Source of the DNA: Desulfovibrionaceae bacterium
Lineage (GTDB): Bacteria; Desulfobacterota; Desulfovibrionia; Desulfovibrionales; Desulfovibrionaceae
DNA length: 64,000 bases
NCBI GenBank assembly: GCA_019421865.1
Contig: JAHZEL010000015.1
Span: 32,892 to 96,891, forward strand
Direction of reading: 5' to 3'
This document shows, piece after piece, positions 60,672 to 64,000 of the stretch. The notes beneath the pieces were generated by a model, which did not search any database, was not told the origin of the DNA, and was given only the letters and a program-made list of their open reading frames with translations. Position numbers and translations under genes: made by a program. Position 1 is the stretch's first letter. Each line of letters starts with the position of its first letter.

Positions 60672-61284
60672 ATTCCAGGATCTGTGCCGGGCGCAGCGCG
60701 TCATTCCCGTGCTCGCGCTCGAAGACAACGAAACATCCCTTCAGATCTGCCGCGCCCTGGTGAAGGGCGGACTGCGTCTTCTTGAAATCACCCTTCGCAC
60801 GCCCTCGGCCTGGGCCGTGGCGGAACGGGTGAAAAACGAAGTGCCCGGCAGCCTTGTGGGCATAGGCACCGTGCTTTCCGCCTCCGACATGGAAAAGGCC
60901 GCTGCTCTCGGATTCCGCTTTGCGGTCAGCCCGGGCATGACGCCGTCGCTTCTGGCCTGCCGGAAGGAAACCGGCATCGACTATCTGCCCGGCGTCGCCA
61001 CGGCGTCCGAGGTCATGACTGCCCGGGAAAACGGTCTCACCTTTCTCAAATTCTTTCCGGCCGAGCAGAACGGCGGAGCTGCTCGTCTGAAAGCCTATGC
61101 CTCCCCGTTCGCCGGCGTGACCTTCTGCCCCACGGGCGGCATCAATGCTCAGAACGTGCGCTCCTATCTTACGCTGCCCAATGTATGCTGCGTCGGAGGA
61201 ACCTGGGTCATCAGCAAGGAAGATGTTGCCGCCGGACGCTGGGATGCCATAGCGGCACAGGCGGAGCTCTGTCGAACGTTGTAG
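60664..61284 (+). CDS. eda: KDPG/KHG aldolase
   Basis: 206 aa, overlapping kdgK by 8 nt. ..LRLLEITLRTP.., ..FLKFFPAE.., ..FCPTGGI... Confidence 0.9.
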   Translation: MSEFQDLCRAQRVIPVLALEDNETSLQICRALVKGGLRLLEITLRTPSAWAVAERVKNEVPGSLVGIGTVLSASDMEKAAALGFRFAVSPGMTPSLLACRKETGIDYLPGVATASEVMTARENGLTFLKFFPAEQNGGAARLKAYASPFAGVTFCPTGGINAQNVRSYLTLPNVCCVGGTWVISKEDVAAGRWDAIAAQAELCRTL

Positions 61285-61369
61285 CCTGTACCCCTCTCAC
61301 AACTGACATTCCCCAGGCTTCATAAAAAACAGCGCTTTCTCTTTCTGCCGATTATTTTCGCTCTATCTT

Positions 61370-61406
61370 GCAGGAAGGACGATATGTCGTCCTTCCTGCT
61401 TCTTTT
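61370..61406 (+). terminator. Rho-independent terminator after eda
   Basis: 13-bp perfect stem GCAGGAAGGACGA / TCGTCCTTCCTGC with loop TATG, followed by TTCTTTT. Confidence 0.85.
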
Positions 61407-61868
61407 AATCCAAGCAACGACTAAAATACCTGTATATGCTCGATAAAATAAACAATCACGGAAATTATCCGCAATATTTCATAAAACATAGCCATCATGC
61501 TGCTGATATGAACTATCGCAAACTCCATAATAATGAATTTTCCACAAATATATAATTACCTGTTTTATATTTTAACATACTCTTCTTCTCGATATATATC
61601 TTTACCTGCAGGCGATTTTGTCTCGACATCGGAGACTGGGGTAAAACACAAGCCAACTCGTACACTTGTGGCGTTTTTATTCCCCGCAGCGTTCATGCGG
61701 AAATTACATAAAATTTTTCCCTGTTTTGAGAAAAAAAGAACTACACGGTAAAGTGCTCGCTTTTCCCCAAAAAAACCTTGCGTTGCTTGTGGTTTTATCA
61801 TTATCTTAGTACCGTAAAATTTGTACCTGTTCTTTCCGTTTTTTATAACCCTTCGGGGAGGGGATGTC

Positions 61869-63254
61869 ATGATCAGTCCGAATTTAATCAAAGACCTGAG
61901 TGCTCTGCTTGGTGCCGAAAACGTGTTCACCAGCGAAGCCGACCGGCAGTGCTACTCCTACGACAGCGCCGTGCTGCCCCCCAAGGTACCGGCGCTGGTT
62001 CTGCGTCCTACCCAGACGGAACAGATCGGTGAAATCATCCGCCTCTGCTACGAGGCCGGACTTGCCATCACCGTGCGGGGCGCCGGTTCCAACCTTTCCG
62101 GCGGAACCGTGCCGGACACCGTGGACAGCGCCGTCATTCTGACCAACAGCCTGCAGAAGATTCTCGAAATCAACAGCGAAGACCTGTACGCCGTGGTGCA
62201 GCCCGGCGTGGTCACCGCCCAGTTCGCCGCCGCCGTGGAGGCCAAGGGCCTCTTCTATCCGCCCGATCCCGGTTCCATGTCCGTCTCCACGCTGGCCGGC
62301 AACATTGCCGAAAACGCCGGCGGTCTGCGCGGCCTGAAGTACGGCGTGACCAAGGACTACGTCATGGGGCTGGAATTCTACGACTATGAAGGCAACCTGG
62401 TGAAGACTGGCTCCCGCACCGTAAAGTGCGTGACCGGCTTCAACCTCGCCGGTCTCATGGTCGGTTCCGAAGGCACGATGGGCGTCATCAGCAAGGCCAT
62501 CCTCAAGCTGGTTCCCCCGCCCCGCGCCTCCCGCGCCATCACCGCCGAATTTGCCGACGTGCAGGATGCCGCCGACGCCGTAGCCGCCATGATCGCCGCC
62601 CATGTCGTGCCCTGCACGCTGGAACTTCTCGATCAGGCCACCCTCAAGTACGTGGAAGCCGACCAGAAGATCGGCCTGCCCGTGGAAGCCGCCGCCATGC
62701 TGCTCATCGAAGTGGACGGCCATCCCGGCCAGGTGGCCGATGAAGCCGCCATCGTGGAAGAAGTGCTCAAGAAGTGCAACGCCACCGGCATTCACATTCC
62801 CAAGGACGCCGAAGAAAAGAACAAGCTCTGGGCCGCCCGCCGCAACGCGCTGCCCGCGCTTGCCCGCGCCCGTCCCACCTGCGTACTGGAAGACGCCACC
62901 GTGCCCCGCTCCCAGATTCCTGCCATGATCAGGAACCTCAACGAGATCGCGGCCAAGTACAAGCTCGACATGGGTACCTTCGGTCATGCCGGCGACGGCA
63001 ACCTGCATCCCACCATCCTGTGCGACAAGCGCGACAAGGAAGAATTCGCCCGCGTGGAAGCCGCCGTGGATGAAATCTTCGACGTGGCGCTCAAGCTCGG
63101 CGGCACGCTTTCCGGCGAGCACGGCATCGGTACCGCCAAGGCCAAATGGATGGAAAAGGAAACCAGCAAGGGCACCATTCTCTTCTCCCAGCGCATGCGC
63201 CGGGCCATTGATCCCAAGGGCCTCTTCAACGCCTGCAAGATCACGGGGATATAA
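61869..63254 (+). CDS. glcD: FAD-linked oxidase (GlcD / D-lactate dehydrogenase-like)
   Basis: 461 aa from ATG 61869 (SD GGGGAGGGG). FAD_binding_4 pattern ..AITVRGAGSNLSGG.., C-terminal ..GEHGIG... Confidence 0.88.
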   Translation: MISPNLIKDLSALLGAENVFTSEADRQCYSYDSAVLPPKVPALVLRPTQTEQIGEIIRLCYEAGLAITVRGAGSNLSGGTVPDTVDSAVILTNSLQKILEINSEDLYAVVQPGVVTAQFAAAVEAKGLFYPPDPGSMSVSTLAGNIAENAGGLRGLKYGVTKDYVMGLEFYDYEGNLVKTGSRTVKCVTGFNLAGLMVGSEGTMGVISKAILKLVPPPRASRAITAEFADVQDAADAVAAMIAAHVVPCTLELLDQATLKYVEADQKIGLPVEAAAMLLIEVDGHPGQVADEAAIVEEVLKKCNATGIHIPKDAEEKNKLWAARRNALPALARARPTCVLEDATVPRSQIPAMIRNLNEIAAKYKLDMGTFGHAGDGNLHPTILCDKRDKEEFARVEAAVDEIFDVALKLGGTLSGEHGIGTAKAKWMEKETSKGTILFSQRMRRAIDPKGLFNACKITGI

Positions 63255-63256
63255 CC

Positions 63257-64000
63257 ATGAGCGACATTTCCCGTCTTGCAAGAATACTGATGAAGCTGGA
63301 CGACAGACTGGCCGACTGCATGCGCTGCGGTCTGTGCCAGGCGGTCTGCCCGGTATTCGGCGTCACCCATAAGGAAGCCGACGTAAGCCGCGGCAAGCTC
63401 GCACTGCTCGACAATCTTGCCCACAAGATGATCGAGGATGCCGACGCCGTGGAAGAAAAGCTGAACCGCTGCCTGCTGTGCGGTTCCTGCCAGGCGAACT
63501 GCCCGTCCGGCGTCTCCATTCTGGAAATCTTCATGGAAGCCCGCCAGGCGCTGGCGGAATATCGCGGCCTCAATCCCATCAAGAAGCTGGTGTTCCGCGA
63601 ACTGCTCGCCCATCCGCAGCTGTTCAGCGCCATGATGCGCACCGCCGCCCCCTTCCAGGGACTGGTCATGCGCAAGCAGGGAGCCAAAACCTACGACATG
63701 CCGCTTCTGAGCAAGCTCGTAGGCTCCCGCCACATCGCCAAGCTTCCGTCCAAGTCTCTCCATGCCAAGTACGGCGACCTGCACACCGAAAGCCGCATCG
63801 GCATCAAGGTGCTGTTCTTTGCCGGCTGCATGGCCGACAAGTATTATACCCAGCTCGGCGAGGCCTGCCTCAAGGTGCTCAAGCATCACGGCGTGGGCGT
63901 GGTCATGCCCTCGGACCTCACCTGCTGCGGCATTCCCGCTCTGGCTTCCGGCGACCGCAAGGGCTTCGTGCTGGAAACGCAGAAGAATCTCGACGTCATC
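63257..64000 (+). CDS. (Fe-S)-binding / CCG-domain oxidoreductase subunit (GlcF/LldE-like), 3'-truncated by the window end
   Basis: ATG 63257 lies 3 nt after the glcD stop. Two ferredoxin-type motifs (CMRCGLCQAVCP, CLLCGSCQANCP), then ..FFAGCM.. and ..CCGIPA... Open to the window edge. Confidence 0.85.
   Translation, partial: MSDISRLARILMKLDDRLADCMRCGLCQAVCPVFGVTHKEADVSRGKLALLDNLAHKMIEDADAVEEKLNRCLLCGSCQANCPSGVSILEIFMEARQALAEYRGLNPIKKLVFRELLAHPQLFSAMMRTAAPFQGLVMRKQGAKTYDMPLLSKLVGSRHIAKLPSKSLHAKYGDLHTESRIGIKVLFFAGCMADKYYTQLGEACLKVLKHHGVGVVMPSDLTCCGIPALASGDRKGFVLETQKNLDVI

Overview
A high-GC chromosomal segment whose gene content fits a Desulfovibrio-type sulfate reducer (inference from gene content only). 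About 60 protein genes and 2 tRNAs are supported. Left to right: yebC and rlmE; an oxygen-defence supercluster (desulfoferrodoxin, a rubredoxin/Rdl-like fusion, a stand-alone NrdD glycyl-radical mini-ORF, a second near-identical rubredoxin, flavodiiron ROO, cydAB); cysK-cysE; gpsA; an AraC regulator and TauE; DUF1538 with a fused double PII-like protein; ArsR with split permeases; an orphan phnN; a candidate Moco-type riboswitch before modABC-DUF364; ygiW with a QseBC-like two-component pair. A visibly AT-rich accessory stretch follows (about 23.8-35.1 kb). It holds a pseudo-receiver OmpR-type regulator, an XRE regulator, a porin, a 907-aa SF1 helicase fused to a PD-(D/E)xK (DUF2726/Vsr-like) nuclease, a displaced 44-nt tRNA-fMet 3' fragment, a 5'-truncated and stop-interrupted DNA methyltransferase relic, a Septu-like ptuAB pair, the intact tRNA-fMet and an IS5-type transposase remnant. 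No integrase, CRISPR array or reverse transcriptase is present. The right half is core: fadL-like, tRNA-Leu(CAA), corC, carB-carA (inverted order), DUF853, M24 and M20 peptidases. It also has a LacI/RidA + TRAP + MBL/oxidoreductase/VOC/amidohydrolase/PLP enzyme + kdgK-eda locus that looks like an undescribed (amino-)sugar-acid route, and glcD/Fe-S genes. The best candidates for something new are the helicase-nuclease single-gene system and the decayed tRNA-fMet defence islet, then the NrdD glycyl-radical 'spare part' ORF inside the O2-stress operon, then the KDG-funnel catabolic locus.
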